The notes under the pieces: model-generated
The model's input: the letters and a program-made list of their open reading frames with translations, nothing else
What the model was told of the DNA's origin: nothing
The model's database searches: none
In this document: positions 26,959-35,767 of the stretch, one piece after another
Layout: each line of letters begins with the position of its first letter
Position numbering within the stretch: position 1 is the first letter of the stretch
Program-made: the position numbers and the translations under genes
From: an uncultured Chloroflexia bacterium
GTDB lineage: Bacteria; Chloroflexota; Limnocylindria; Limnocylindrales; CSP1-4
Reading direction: 5' to 3'
DNA length: 64,000 nucleotides
NCBI GenBank assembly: GCA_963713975.1
Contig: OY970218.1
Location: 32,001 to 96,000, forward strand

Positions 26959-28574
26959 GGGGCCCCCTCCTCGCCGGTCGGGGCGTCGCCGGACGGGGTT
27001 GCGGCACCCGGTCGCGGCGCGGCAGGGGCGGCGGCAAGCTCGATGGCCCGGCGGAGCGCCGCGGCCTTGTGCTCGGTCTCCTCGAACTCGCTCTCGGGTA
27101 CGCTCCGGGCCACGATCCCGGCGCCCGTGTGGACGTGTGCCATCCCATCCTTGAGCACGGCGCTCCGGATCGTGATCGCGGTGTCCATACCGCCGTCGTA
27201 GCCGAGATAGCCCACGGCCCCACCATACAGGCCACGCCGCTCGCCCTCCGCCGCGGCGATCAGTTGCATGGCCCGGATTTTCGGCGCGCCGCTGAGCGTG
27301 CCGGCCGGGAACACCGAGCGCAGGGCGTCCAGCGAGTCCAGCTCCGGGCGGAGCTTCGCCTCTACGTGGCTGACCAGGTGGAGGACGTGGCTGTAGCGCT
27401 CCACCTCCATGTACTGGCTGGTGGTGACGGTGCCGGGCCGGGCCACGCGCCCGAGATCGTTGCGCCCGAGGTCCACCAGCATGACGTGCTCCGCGCGCTC
27501 CTTGGGGTCGCGCCGCAGCTCGTCGGCGAGGCGCTCATCGTCCGCGGTGGTGGTGCCACGTGGCCGGGTCCCGGCGATAGGGTGAGTGCTCATGCGGTCC
27601 CCGACGACCTGAACGAGGAGCTCCGGGCTGGCACCCACGACCTCAAAATCGGGGGTACGGGTGAAGAACAGGTAGGGCGAGGGGTTCACGCGGCGCAGGG
27701 CGCGGTAGAGCCCGATGCCGTCGAGCGGCGTCCCTCCGGCCGTCTCAGGGAGCTCGAACGACTGGCGACGTGCCAACACCACCTGGATGGCCTCGCCGGC
27801 GGCGATGGCCTCCTTCGCCCTCGCCACCGCCTGGATGTACTCGTCGCGGCCCAGGCTCGTCTCGACCCGGCCCAGGTCGGCGGCCCTGACGCTGCCGTCC
27901 GGGCGACTGAAGCCGGCCGCCATCTCGGCGGCAGACGGCCGTGCCGTGCGCTCGAGGGCCTCGAAGATCGCGCGCTCCGCGATCCGATAGCGGCCCTCGA
28001 GATCGGGGGCCTCGGCGTGGAGGGAGGCGATCGCGGACAGCTGGTGGGTGAGGTGATCGAAGACGATCACCAGGTCCGTCTCGATGAACGAGGCCATCGG
28101 GACCCCGACCGGGTCGGCGTCCGGCAGCGGCACGGAGGGCTCGAAGATGGAGATGGCGTCGTAGGCCAGGGCACCCACCGCGCCGCCGGTGAACCGCGGC
28201 ATCCCGTCCACTGGGAGGACCTTCCGCCGCGGGATGAACGCGCGCAGCGCGGCGAGGGGGTCAGCGGTCTCCTCCGAGGTGACGGGAAGGCCCGGTTCGT
28301 ATGCCTCCACGCCGACCGGGCGCGTCGTGGTCCGTGCCACGCCGTCCCTGACGTCCAGCAGCCGTCGCGGGCCGATGCCCAGGAAGCTGTAGCGACCCAG
28401 ACGCTCGCCGCCCTCGACCGACTCGAGGAGGTACGCGGGGGTGACGCCATCGTCGAGCCGCAGGAAGGCACCGATCGGGGTCTCGAGGTCCGCGGTGCGC
28501 GTCGCGCGCAGCAGCACGGTGTCGGAGGTTCCGGAGAGGCGCTTCGCCTCGCTGAGGCTGAGAGGGTCGGTCAT
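26955..28574 (-). CDS. trpE: Anthranilate synthase component I
   Basis: LLESVEG..RYSF, NPSPY, GASPE, PIAGT, KERAEHVMLVDLGRND, PAGTLSGAPK. Confidence 0.95.
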   Translation of the reverse strand: MTDPLSLSEAKRLSGTSDTVLLRATRTADLETPIGAFLRLDDGVTPAYLLESVEGGERLGRYSFLGIGPRRLLDVRDGVARTTTRPVGVEAYEPGLPVTSEETADPLAALRAFIPRRKVLPVDGMPRFTGGAVGALAYDAISIFEPSVPLPDADPVGVPMASFIETDLVIVFDHLTHQLSAIASLHAEAPDLEGRYRIAERAIFEALERTARPSAAEMAAGFSRPDGSVRAADLGRVETSLGRDEYIQAVARAKEAIAAGEAIQVVLARRQSFELPETAGGTPLDGIGLYRALRRVNPSPYLFFTRTPDFEVVGASPELLVQVVGDRMSTHPIAGTRPRGTTTADDERLADELRRDPKERAEHVMLVDLGRNDLGRVARPGTVTTSQYMEVERYSHVLHLVSHVEAKLRPELDSLDALRSVFPAGTLSGAPKIRAMQLIAAAEGERRGLYGGAVGYLGYDGGMDTAITIRSAVLKDGMAHVHTGAGIVARSVPESEFEETEHKAAALRRAIELAAAPAAPRPGAATPSGDAPTGEEGAP

Positions 28575-28629
28575 GGCGGTGCTTCCCTTCGGCGGTTCGA
28601 CGGCTCGGAGGCCGTCGGCGCCCGAGAAT

Positions 28630-28968
28630 CAGAAACGACCTTGGTTCGTCTCTTCCGGGACGAAAGGTCGTTGCTCCTTCCGCGGTGCCACCCACGTTCG
28701 GCGATGTGCCGCACTCTGACCGACGGACCGCGTGCCGCCGGGACCCGCCCGGCCGATCGATCGGCGCTGCCCTGTATCGCTGGCGCTCTGCGCCGGAGCC
28801 TACTGGTCGTCCGCTTCGTCAGGGCCCGCTCTCGCGTTCCCATTTCGTCGCCCCGCGTTCGGTCCGGGGGCTCCCGGGTCCATTCCCTGCCGCCGCCATC
28901 CCGGCTCGCACCAGCCGCCGGGTCTCTGTGATGGCGCCCGACGGGTACTCGTCCCGATCAAGGCCCGT
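28630..28968 (-). promoter_or_regulatory. T-box riboswitch with Trp (UGG) specifier upstream of trpE
   Basis: Minus strand: GGGACGAGTA...AGAGA...GGTGCGAG...GAA-TGG-ACCCGGGAG (stem I, specifier at 28880-28882); T-box AACGTGGGTGGCACCGCG (28681-28698); terminator AACGACCTTTCGTC...GACGAACCAAGGTCGTTT. Confidence 0.92.
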
Positions 28969-29049
28969 ATTCGCGATGTGGCGGGAGTATGGGGTTGGCC
29001 GCTCGCGGGCGTCAAATCGGGCCGCCATAGCCATCGCCGTGGGCCTCGG

Positions 29050-30321
29050 TCACTTGTCGGGCGCGACATCCCGCCGATGCACCGTGCCGCCCGAGGGGAC
29101 GTCGAGGGAGGTGAAGTCCTCCGGCGTGACGTCCGTGTCGACCCGGACGTTCCGCCCGAGCCCGGCTCCCTGGGGGATGACCGCGCGCTTGCCGACCACC
29201 GTGATCCCCGTGGTGAGGCGGTCGGGCTCCTCGGCATTGACCGTCCAGGTGTCCTCCCCCATGCCCACGATCGCGCCCTCCCCGACCCTCACGTGCTTGT
29301 CGATGATCGAGCCGTCGACGATCGCTCCCGCCCCGATCTCCGCGTCCAGCATCACCACCGAATCCCGGACGACGGCCCCGTCGTAGACCCTGACGCCCGG
29401 CGCGAGGAGGCTGTTCACGACCGTCCCGTTGATGATGCAGCCATGGCTGGCCAGCGAGTGGCGAAAGACGGCATCGGGGCCGCTCTTGGCCGGCGAGCGC
29501 TCCTCGGACCGGGTGTGGATCAGCCAGCTGCGATCGAACAGGTCGAGCGGCGGCACGAGGCCGACGAGATCGAGGTTCGCCTTCCAGAAGGCCTCGACCG
29601 TGCCCACGTCGCGCCAGTAGCCCTCGAACCGGTGGGCGTAGACCCGGCGTCCCGCCTTGATCATCGCCGGCACGACGTCCCTGCCGAAGTCGTGCCGGCT
29701 CGGAGTCACCCATCTCCGCAGGGCCTCGGGCGAGAAGACGTAGACCCCCATCGATGCGAGGTTGCCGCGGGGTTCGGCCGGCTTCTCCTCCCACTCCACG
29801 ATCCGGTCATCGTCGTCCGTGAGGCAGATCCCCATCCGCGTCGCCTCGTCGGGCGGCACCTCGAGCACCGCGACGGTCAGGTCGGCCTGCGTGTCCAGGT
29901 GTGTCTTGATGAACGGCCGGTAGTCCATCTTGTACACGTGGTCCCCCGCCAGGACGAGCAGGAGATCGGGGTTCTCCTCCGCGATCTGGGTCGCGTTCCT
30001 GCGGACCGCGTCGGCGGTGCCGGCATACCAGCCCACCTTGTCGGTCCGGGAGAGATACGGCTGGAGGACGCGGATGCCGCCGCCAAACGACCGGTCGAGA
30101 TCCCAGGGGCGTCCGAGGCCGATGTGGTCGATCAGCGAACGGGGGCTGTACATGGTCAGGACCAGGACCCTGTCGATCCCGGAGTTGACGCAGTTGGACA
30201 GGACGAAGTCGATGATCCGGTACTTGCCGCCGAACGGGACGGCCGGCTTGGCGCGGTGATCCGACAGGACGGAGAGGCGTTCGCCCGCACCACCGGCCAG
30301 AACGACGGCAACGACATTCAT
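29050..30321 (-). CDS. glgC: Glucose-1-phosphate adenylyltransferase (ADP-glucose pyrophosphorylase)
   Basis: LAGGAGERL, RAKPAVPFGGKYRIIDF, WYAGTADAV, GDHVYKMDY, EKP, ASMGVY, YWRDVGT. Confidence 0.95.
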   Translation of the reverse strand: MNVVAVVLAGGAGERLSVLSDHRAKPAVPFGGKYRIIDFVLSNCVNSGIDRVLVLTMYSPRSLIDHIGLGRPWDLDRSFGGGIRVLQPYLSRTDKVGWYAGTADAVRRNATQIAEENPDLLLVLAGDHVYKMDYRPFIKTHLDTQADLTVAVLEVPPDEATRMGICLTDDDDRIVEWEEKPAEPRGNLASMGVYVFSPEALRRWVTPSRHDFGRDVVPAMIKAGRRVYAHRFEGYWRDVGTVEAFWKANLDLVGLVPPLDLFDRSWLIHTRSEERSPAKSGPDAVFRHSLASHGCIINGTVVNSLLAPGVRVYDGAVVRDSVVMLDAEIGAGAIVDGSIIDKHVRVGEGAIVGMGEDTWTVNAEEPDRLTTGITVVGKRAVIPQGAGLGRNVRVDTDVTPEDFTSLDVPSGGTVHRRDVAPDK

Positions 30322-30476
30322 CGGGCAATCCCCACGGCTGCGGCCCAGTCCCCACCGGGGCTCGCCCCGATGATCGCAGGGCACGCGGTCCCGTCAAGGT
30401 CCAGATGACCGGTGGCGCGGGTCGGACGGCAACCCGGGACCGGCGCCCGGAAGCCGGGCCCGACCCGCCACGGGCG

Positions 30477-31325
30477 TCAGGGGCGCAGGGTGCCGGACCA
30501 GACCTGCCAGGCGAGCAGCGACTTCGCCACCAGGCTCAGGATCATGTAGGTCTTCTCGCCGTACAGATACTCCCGCCAGCGGCCGACCTTCCGGTACTGG
30601 AGGACCATGGTGATCGCGAAGATGTTGAAGGCCACGAACAGGCTGCCGATGATCAGGTAGACGAACGCGGGGATCCCGAAGTCGGCCGGCAGGCCATCCT
30701 GGGCCGAGAAGGCCCACACGACGGAGAAGATCGCGATCCATGGGGCGATGCCGGCGATGCACCCGAAGATGAAGTGCTTCCAATCGGGCTTCTCGCGGCC
30801 CTCATTCGCCGCCTCCATGCTCCAGCCGAACAGGTTCATGGCCACGTTCGCGCCGGCGATCGCGACGAGCGCCGTGAACTGGTCGATGTAGCTGATGTAA
30901 GCGATCGCCACGATCATCACGGTGGACGAGAAGGCGTACTCGACCCAGCGCAGGGGGTTCATGCCGCGGGCGAGCCAGGCCTCGTACCGGGCCCGCAGTG
31001 GCCATCCGGCAAGGAAGTGCGCGAACGCGCTCATCAGGAAGAAGCTGGCGATCAGGTAGGCCAGCGGGAAGGACACGAGCACCACGCTCGACGGCTCGGT
31101 CCCGCTGAAGGTCCCGTCGGTGAAGACCGGCTTGACGGTTGGGACGATGGGCTCAAACAGGGTCGCGGTGCTCGAGATGGCCACCATCAGCGCGAACTGG
31201 ATACCGTGCGCGAAGGTCAGGAATCGGTTCCAGCGCCGGAGCGATCGGCTCTTGTCGGCGGGGATGGCCTGGGCGGACTCGCTCGGGGCGGGCACGCTGG
31301 TCGCCGGGGCGGCGTGTGCAGTCAT
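30477..31325 (-). CDS. Heliorhodopsin
   Basis: TM1 AHGIQ, TM2 SAFAH, TM3 NPLRWVEYAFSS, GWSME, LQY, and TM7 YMILSLVAKSLLAWQ with the retinal-binding Lys. Confidence 0.95.
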   Translation of the reverse strand: MTAHAAPATSVPAPSESAQAIPADKSRSLRRWNRFLTFAHGIQFALMVAISSTATLFEPIVPTVKPVFTDGTFSGTEPSSVVLVSFPLAYLIASFFLMSAFAHFLAGWPLRARYEAWLARGMNPLRWVEYAFSSTVMIVAIAYISYIDQFTALVAIAGANVAMNLFGWSMEAANEGREKPDWKHFIFGCIAGIAPWIAIFSVVWAFSAQDGLPADFGIPAFVYLIIGSLFVAFNIFAITMVLQYRKVGRWREYLYGEKTYMILSLVAKSLLAWQVWSGTLRP

Positions 31326-31418
31326 TGGCTCGGGATCTCCTGCAGTGATGTCACGCTCCAGTTCGATCCCGGGGGCCGCGTGGATTGGATGCAGGCCGGC
31401 CACTGCGGCCGCCCCACG

Positions 31419-31504
31419 TGGCGGCGAGGGTGGGATTCGAACCCACGGGGCTTGCGCCCGGCGCTTTTCAAGAGCGCTGCCTTAGACCGCTCGGCCACCT
31501 CGCC
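31419..31504 (-). tRNA. tRNA-Ser (anticodon TGA)
   Basis: GGCGAGGTGGCCGAGCGGTCTAAGGCA GCGCT CTTGAAA AGCGC, variable arm, GTTCGAATCC, CCA end; TGCTATGCT extended -10 at 31512-31520. Confidence 0.95.
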
Positions 31505-31531
31505 GCGGGCGAGCATAGCAGCGGGCGGCCG

Positions 31532-31562
31532 GGGCGGAGACTAGGCTGGGCGGAGACTAGGC
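31532..31562. repeat. 15-bp direct repeat (GGGCGGAGACTAGGC x2, 16-bp period)
   Basis: Copies at 31532-31546 and 31548-31562. Confidence 0.8.
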
Positions 31563-32036
31563 ACGGACGACACAGGTGCCGGCGATCAGGTCGTGCCAGC
31601 CGCGCTTGCGCTTGTCGACCAGGATCCAGAGGAACCCGATGTAGAACACCATGATGCTGATGTAGTAGCCGATCAGGCGCAGGATCGCCGACCCCCATCC
31701 GATCGGGCCGCCGTCCTCGTCCCGGACGACGCGGATCCGCATCAGCTTCGCGCCCGGCGTCTGGCCCCCGTGCGACCAGAAGTACGGGAAGTACAGGAAC
31801 GTGACGATGAACACGCCCAGGATGGCGATCACGATGCTCACCCCGGCGATGACATTCATGTCGTCGGCGCCGGCCACGCCGCCGATCGACCCGAACACGA
31901 ACATGATGGCGACCGCCGCGATGCCGGCGATGAGGCCGTCGATCCAGTAGGCGATGAGCCGTGCGATCGAGCTCGCGAACCTGACCCCCGGCGCCGGGCC
32001 CTCCGGCGCGGAGGCGGGTTGGTAGGGCTGTGCCAT
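31557..32036 (-). CDS. RDD family membrane protein
   Basis: RLIAYWID, GQTPGAKLMRIRVV, RGWHDLIAGTCVV. Confidence 0.9.
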   Translation of the reverse strand: MAQPYQPASAPEGPAPGVRFASSIARLIAYWIDGLIAGIAAVAIMFVFGSIGGVAGADDMNVIAGVSIVIAILGVFIVTFLYFPYFWSHGGQTPGAKLMRIRVVRDEDGGPIGWGSAILRLIGYYISIMVFYIGFLWILVDKRKRGWHDLIAGTCVVRA

Positions 32037-32078
32037 GCGGAGATCCTCCCTGGAGCTGCTCGCCGGCGGCAAAGCCCC

Positions 32079-33404
32079 TCAGGCCGTGGCCGGTGCGCCA
32101 ATCCTAGCTGCGCCCATGTAGGAGCGCAGGACGTCCGGGACGGCCACCGTCCCGTCGGGCTGCTGGTAGACCTCGAGGATCGCGGCCACGATCCGCGCCA
32201 GCGCGAGGCCGGATCCGTTGAGCGTGTGCACGAGCTCAGGCTTCGCTCCCGCCTCCGGCCGATATCGGATGGCCATCCGGCGGGCCTGATAGTCCCCAAA
32301 GTTGGAGCACGAGCTGACCTCCAGCCAGCGCTCCACGCCGGGCGCCCAGACCTCGAGGTCGTACTTCTTGCGCTGGACGAAGCCCATCTCGCCGGTGCTC
32401 ATGAGCAGGACGCGGTAGGGCAGGCCCAGACGCTGGAGGAGGACCTCGGCGCGGGCCGTCATCCACTCGAGCGCCTCGGGGCTGTCCTCCGGCTTCTCGA
32501 ACAGGACCATCTCCACCTTGTCGAACTGGTGGACGCGCAGGATTCCCCGGGTGTCCTTTCCCGCCGCCCCTGCCTCGCGACGGAAGCACGGGGAATACGC
32601 CGCGTAGCGGATCGGCAGGTCGGACGCTTCCAGGATCTCGTCGCGGTGGAGGTTCGTGACCGGGACCTCGGCGGTGGGGACCAGGTACAGCTCGTCACGC
32701 GTGACGACGTACATCTGGTCTTCCTTGTCCGGGATCTGCCCGGTTCCCCGCGCGGACGCCGTGTTCACCACGGCCGGCGGCCACACCTCGGTGAAGCCGT
32801 GCTCGGTGGTGTGGACGTCGAGGAACCACGAGATGAGGCTGCGCTGGAGCCTTGATCCCGCACCCTTGTAGACGGGGAAGCCGGATCCGGCGATCTTGGC
32901 GCCGCGCGGATTGTCGATGATGTCCAGGGACTCGCCGAGCTCCCAGTGGGGGCGGCGCTCCCAGGCCGCCCCATCAGGACCCGCCGACGCACGACTGCCA
33001 CGCTCGCCCCAGGTGCGGACGGTGACGTTGGCCTCCTCGCCACCAACGGGGACCTCGGGATCGGCCGGGTTGGGGATCCGGAGCAGGAGATCGGAGAGCT
33101 CGGCCTCGGCCTGGGCCAGCTCGGCATCGATCTCGTCGATCCGGCCTCCGGCCTGCGTCGACGCCGCGCGCAGGTCCGCCACCTCCGGGCCGTCCGGTCG
33201 GGCTCCGCCGCGGATGGCCTCGCCGATCCGCTTGCTGGCGGCATTGCGATCCGCCTTGAGCCCGTCCGATTCTGCCTGGAGCCGCCGGCGTCGGGCGTCG
33301 GTATCGAGCGCCCGGTCCACGAGATCCGGGTCCTCCCGCTTGTCGATGGCACCCTGGCGGATCCGCTCCGGCTCGTCCCGCAGCCGCTGCACGCCGACGC
33401 TCAT
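32079..33404 (-). CDS. serS: Serine--tRNA ligase
   Basis: N-terminal coiled coil, IPN, LVPTAEVP, CFRREAG, RVHQFDKVE, EVSSCSN, HTLNGSGLA. Confidence 0.96.
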   Translation of the reverse strand: MSVGVQRLRDEPERIRQGAIDKREDPDLVDRALDTDARRRRLQAESDGLKADRNAASKRIGEAIRGGARPDGPEVADLRAASTQAGGRIDEIDAELAQAEAELSDLLLRIPNPADPEVPVGGEEANVTVRTWGERGSRASAGPDGAAWERRPHWELGESLDIIDNPRGAKIAGSGFPVYKGAGSRLQRSLISWFLDVHTTEHGFTEVWPPAVVNTASARGTGQIPDKEDQMYVVTRDELYLVPTAEVPVTNLHRDEILEASDLPIRYAAYSPCFRREAGAAGKDTRGILRVHQFDKVEMVLFEKPEDSPEALEWMTARAEVLLQRLGLPYRVLLMSTGEMGFVQRKKYDLEVWAPGVERWLEVSSCSNFGDYQARRMAIRYRPEAGAKPELVHTLNGSGLALARIVAAILEVYQQPDGTVAVPDVLRSYMGAARIGAPATA

Positions 33405-35014
33405 GCGGTCGCCTCCCTGGTCTCCCCGGCTGCACCGGCCTCGGTCAGCCGGCGGATGACGAATTCGTGGTCCAGGCTGGACAGGAGCCATCCGGCGCGC
33501 GGTCCGTTGGCCCTGCCGAGGAAGGCGAGGTACAGGGCATTGAACGCGGCCTTGGCGTCCAGGCCGAGCACGCCGGCAATCGTGAAGATCGTCGTCTGCC
33601 ACTCCTCCCCGGACCCCGGCACGACCCCGCCGGCGGCCATCGCAAGGCCGGCCAGGAAGTCTCGTTGCTCAGGGCGCAGGAGGCCGGCTTCCTGGGGCAC
33701 GGCGTCGCGGTGGATCTCGATGCGGGAGCGCTCGGGCGCGTAGGCCTCTAGCCAGCGGTGCACCGAGATGAGGCGCATCTCGAGCTCGGCCGCCTCGGCC
33801 GCCGTCAGGGGCGATCCCTTCTCGGCGGCCACGCGGGCCGCAACGTCCACGCCGGGCACCTGCACCAGCAGGGCCAGGTGCGCGAACGCAGGCCGGAAGG
33901 CGTCGGCCATCGCCGCCACGTCCGCATCCGGATCGAGCAGCGAGTAGCGGAAGATCGAGTCATGTCCAGGTGGCAGCTCGCCCTTGACCTCGCGGCCGGC
34001 GGTTGCGGCGCCCAGGCGGTCGAACTCGTCGAACAGGCGCGGGACGGCGTCGGTGCCCTCCGGATCGAACTCGATCACGGACTCGGGGCGATGCCGGACG
34101 AACAGGAACCGCGTCTGCTCCGGGGGCACGACCTCGGTGAATTGGTGGGCGGCCGCTCCCCTGCCCTTGGAGGTCGACATCTTGCGGCCGCCGATGTTGA
34201 GGAACTCGTAGGGGAAGTTGATCGGGGGCTGCCGGTCGAACACCTCGCGCGCCACCGCGTCCGAACGGTCCCGACTCCCGCCCGCGGTCGCGAGGTCCTT
34301 GCCGTTGGGCTCGATCGTGACCCCGAACAGGCTCCACTGGGCCGCCCACTCCAGGTTCCAGGGGAGCTTGGCCGCCCCGCCGAACGGTGCGATCCGGCCG
34401 CTCCAGCCACAGCCCATCGCCCACGTGACGAGGTCGGGCCTGCACTCGACCGTCACAGTCTCGCCGTCCCAGTCGGAGGCGATCGTGGTCCCGACGCGCC
34501 CGCAGTCCGGACAGACGACACCCAGCGGCAGCCAATGGTCCGGGTGCTGGACGTTGGCCACGCGGCGATAGATGTCGCGGACGACGGCCGCCCGGTTCAA
34601 CGCCGTCCGGATGAACGGGTCCATCTGCCCTGTGGGGTAGATGTCGCTCATCCAGTAGTAGCGGTCGGGCACGATGCCGAGGCCGGCGAACGTGTCGATG
34701 AACGTCTGGGCGTGGTGGCGAGCGTAGGATGCGTGGCAGTCACCGGCCTGGTCCGGGATATGGGCGAGGGGGACGCCCATGTAGCGGTCGACGGCGTCGG
34801 GCGTCAGCAGGGCCTGGGCGTCCATGGAGTCCATGTCGTCGACGCCGTAGAGCAGCGTGGCCTCCAGGCCGCGGGCGCGCAGGGCGCGCGTGATCACGTC
34901 GAGGATCACAGGGCCACGCAGGCTGCCGACGTGGACGGTTCCGGACGGGGTCTTGGAGTCGTTGACGACCTGCGGTCCCTCGACGCTCGCCGCCAGCTCG
35001 TCAGCCCAGTCCAC
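33401..35014 (-). CDS. lysS: Lysine--tRNA ligase, class I
   Basis: TPSGTVHVGSLR (HIGH-like), DDMD, CPDCG, KLPW..EW, EPNGKD, PYEF, KMSTSKG, GPRAG. Confidence 0.93.
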   Translation of the reverse strand: MDWADELAASVEGPQVVNDSKTPSGTVHVGSLRGPVILDVITRALRARGLEATLLYGVDDMDSMDAQALLTPDAVDRYMGVPLAHIPDQAGDCHASYARHHAQTFIDTFAGLGIVPDRYYWMSDIYPTGQMDPFIRTALNRAAVVRDIYRRVANVQHPDHWLPLGVVCPDCGRVGTTIASDWDGETVTVECRPDLVTWAMGCGWSGRIAPFGGAAKLPWNLEWAAQWSLFGVTIEPNGKDLATAGGSRDRSDAVAREVFDRQPPINFPYEFLNIGGRKMSTSKGRGAAAHQFTEVVPPEQTRFLFVRHRPESVIEFDPEGTDAVPRLFDEFDRLGAATAGREVKGELPPGHDSIFRYSLLDPDADVAAMADAFRPAFAHLALLVQVPGVDVAARVAAEKGSPLTAAEAAELEMRLISVHRWLEAYAPERSRIEIHRDAVPQEAGLLRPEQRDFLAGLAMAAGGVVPGSGEEWQTTIFTIAGVLGLDAKAAFNALYLAFLGRANGPRAGWLLSSLDHEFVIRRLTEAGAAGETREATA

Positions 35015-35097
35015 GGTGCTGCCCCTCTCTCCGGCGCGTGCGCTGCCGGGCCGGTCCCGTCGCGCCGCCTGGTGCCGGCCGCGGGGCCGTGATGCGT

Positions 35098-35562
35098 CTA
35101 ACTGATCTCGAGGATCTTGTACGCGAAGTCGCCGGCCGGAACCTTGACCACGACCTTGTCGCCCTTCCTGCGGCCCAGCAGGGCACGGCCGACGGGCGAC
35201 TCGTTGGAGATGCGGCCCTCGGCGGGCTTGGCCTCGGCCGAGCCGACGATGTAGAACGTCTCAGTGCCGTCGTCACCCGCGACCTTGACGTTGGACCCGA
35301 TCTGGACGTGGTCCGTCGACGTGTGCTCGTCGATCAGGGAGGCGTTCTTGATCATCCCCTCGAGCGTCTGGATCCGGCCTTCGACGAACGCCTGTTCATT
35401 CTTGGCGTCCTCGTACTCGGCGTTCTCCGAGAGGTCCCCGTGCTCCTTCGCATCGTGGATCCGCTGCGCGATCTCGGGACGTTGGACGGTCACCATCTCA
35501 TCCAGCTCCGCGCGGAGCTTGTCGAGGCCGTCCTTGCTGATGTAGGTGGTCTTGCTGTTCAC
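35098..35562 (-). CDS. greA: Transcription elongation factor GreA
   Basis: HGDLSENAEYEDAKNEQ, ISNESPVGRALLG. Confidence 0.96.
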   Translation of the reverse strand: MNSKTTYISKDGLDKLRAELDEMVTVQRPEIAQRIHDAKEHGDLSENAEYEDAKNEQAFVEGRIQTLEGMIKNASLIDEHTSTDHVQIGSNVKVAGDDGTETFYIVGSAEAKPAEGRISNESPVGRALLGRRKGDKVVVKVPAGDFAYKILEIS

Positions 35563-35620
35563 GCGGGCGAGCCCCCGGGGCGCGGACCGGCATCGCTGGA
35601 TGCCGCCGCTCGGTCGGTCT

Positions 35621-35664
35621 GAACAAAAGGACCCCGGGACGCTTCGTTGGCGCCGCCGAGGTTC
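35621..35664 (-). terminator. Terminator-like hairpin in the greA leader
   Basis: Minus strand GAACCTCGG...CCGGGGTCC followed by TTTTGTTC, between the promoter and the greA start. Confidence 0.6.
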
Positions 35665-35678
35665 GCTGATCGGGCGGA

Positions 35679-35708
35679 ATGGTATCGGTGGAACCCCCGA
35701 ACCGTCAA
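35679..35708 (-). promoter_or_regulatory. Sigma70-type promoter of greA
   Basis: TTGACG, 18-bp spacer, TACCAT on the minus strand. Confidence 0.65.
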
Positions 35709-35767
35709 AGGCGGGTGCCATGGCAAGGACCCCGAGGCGCTCACGGCGCCATCGGCGCAACCGGGGC

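Noticed and set aside
35015-35097. T-box upstream of lysS/serS
   Set aside because: The gap is too short and has no T-box motif.
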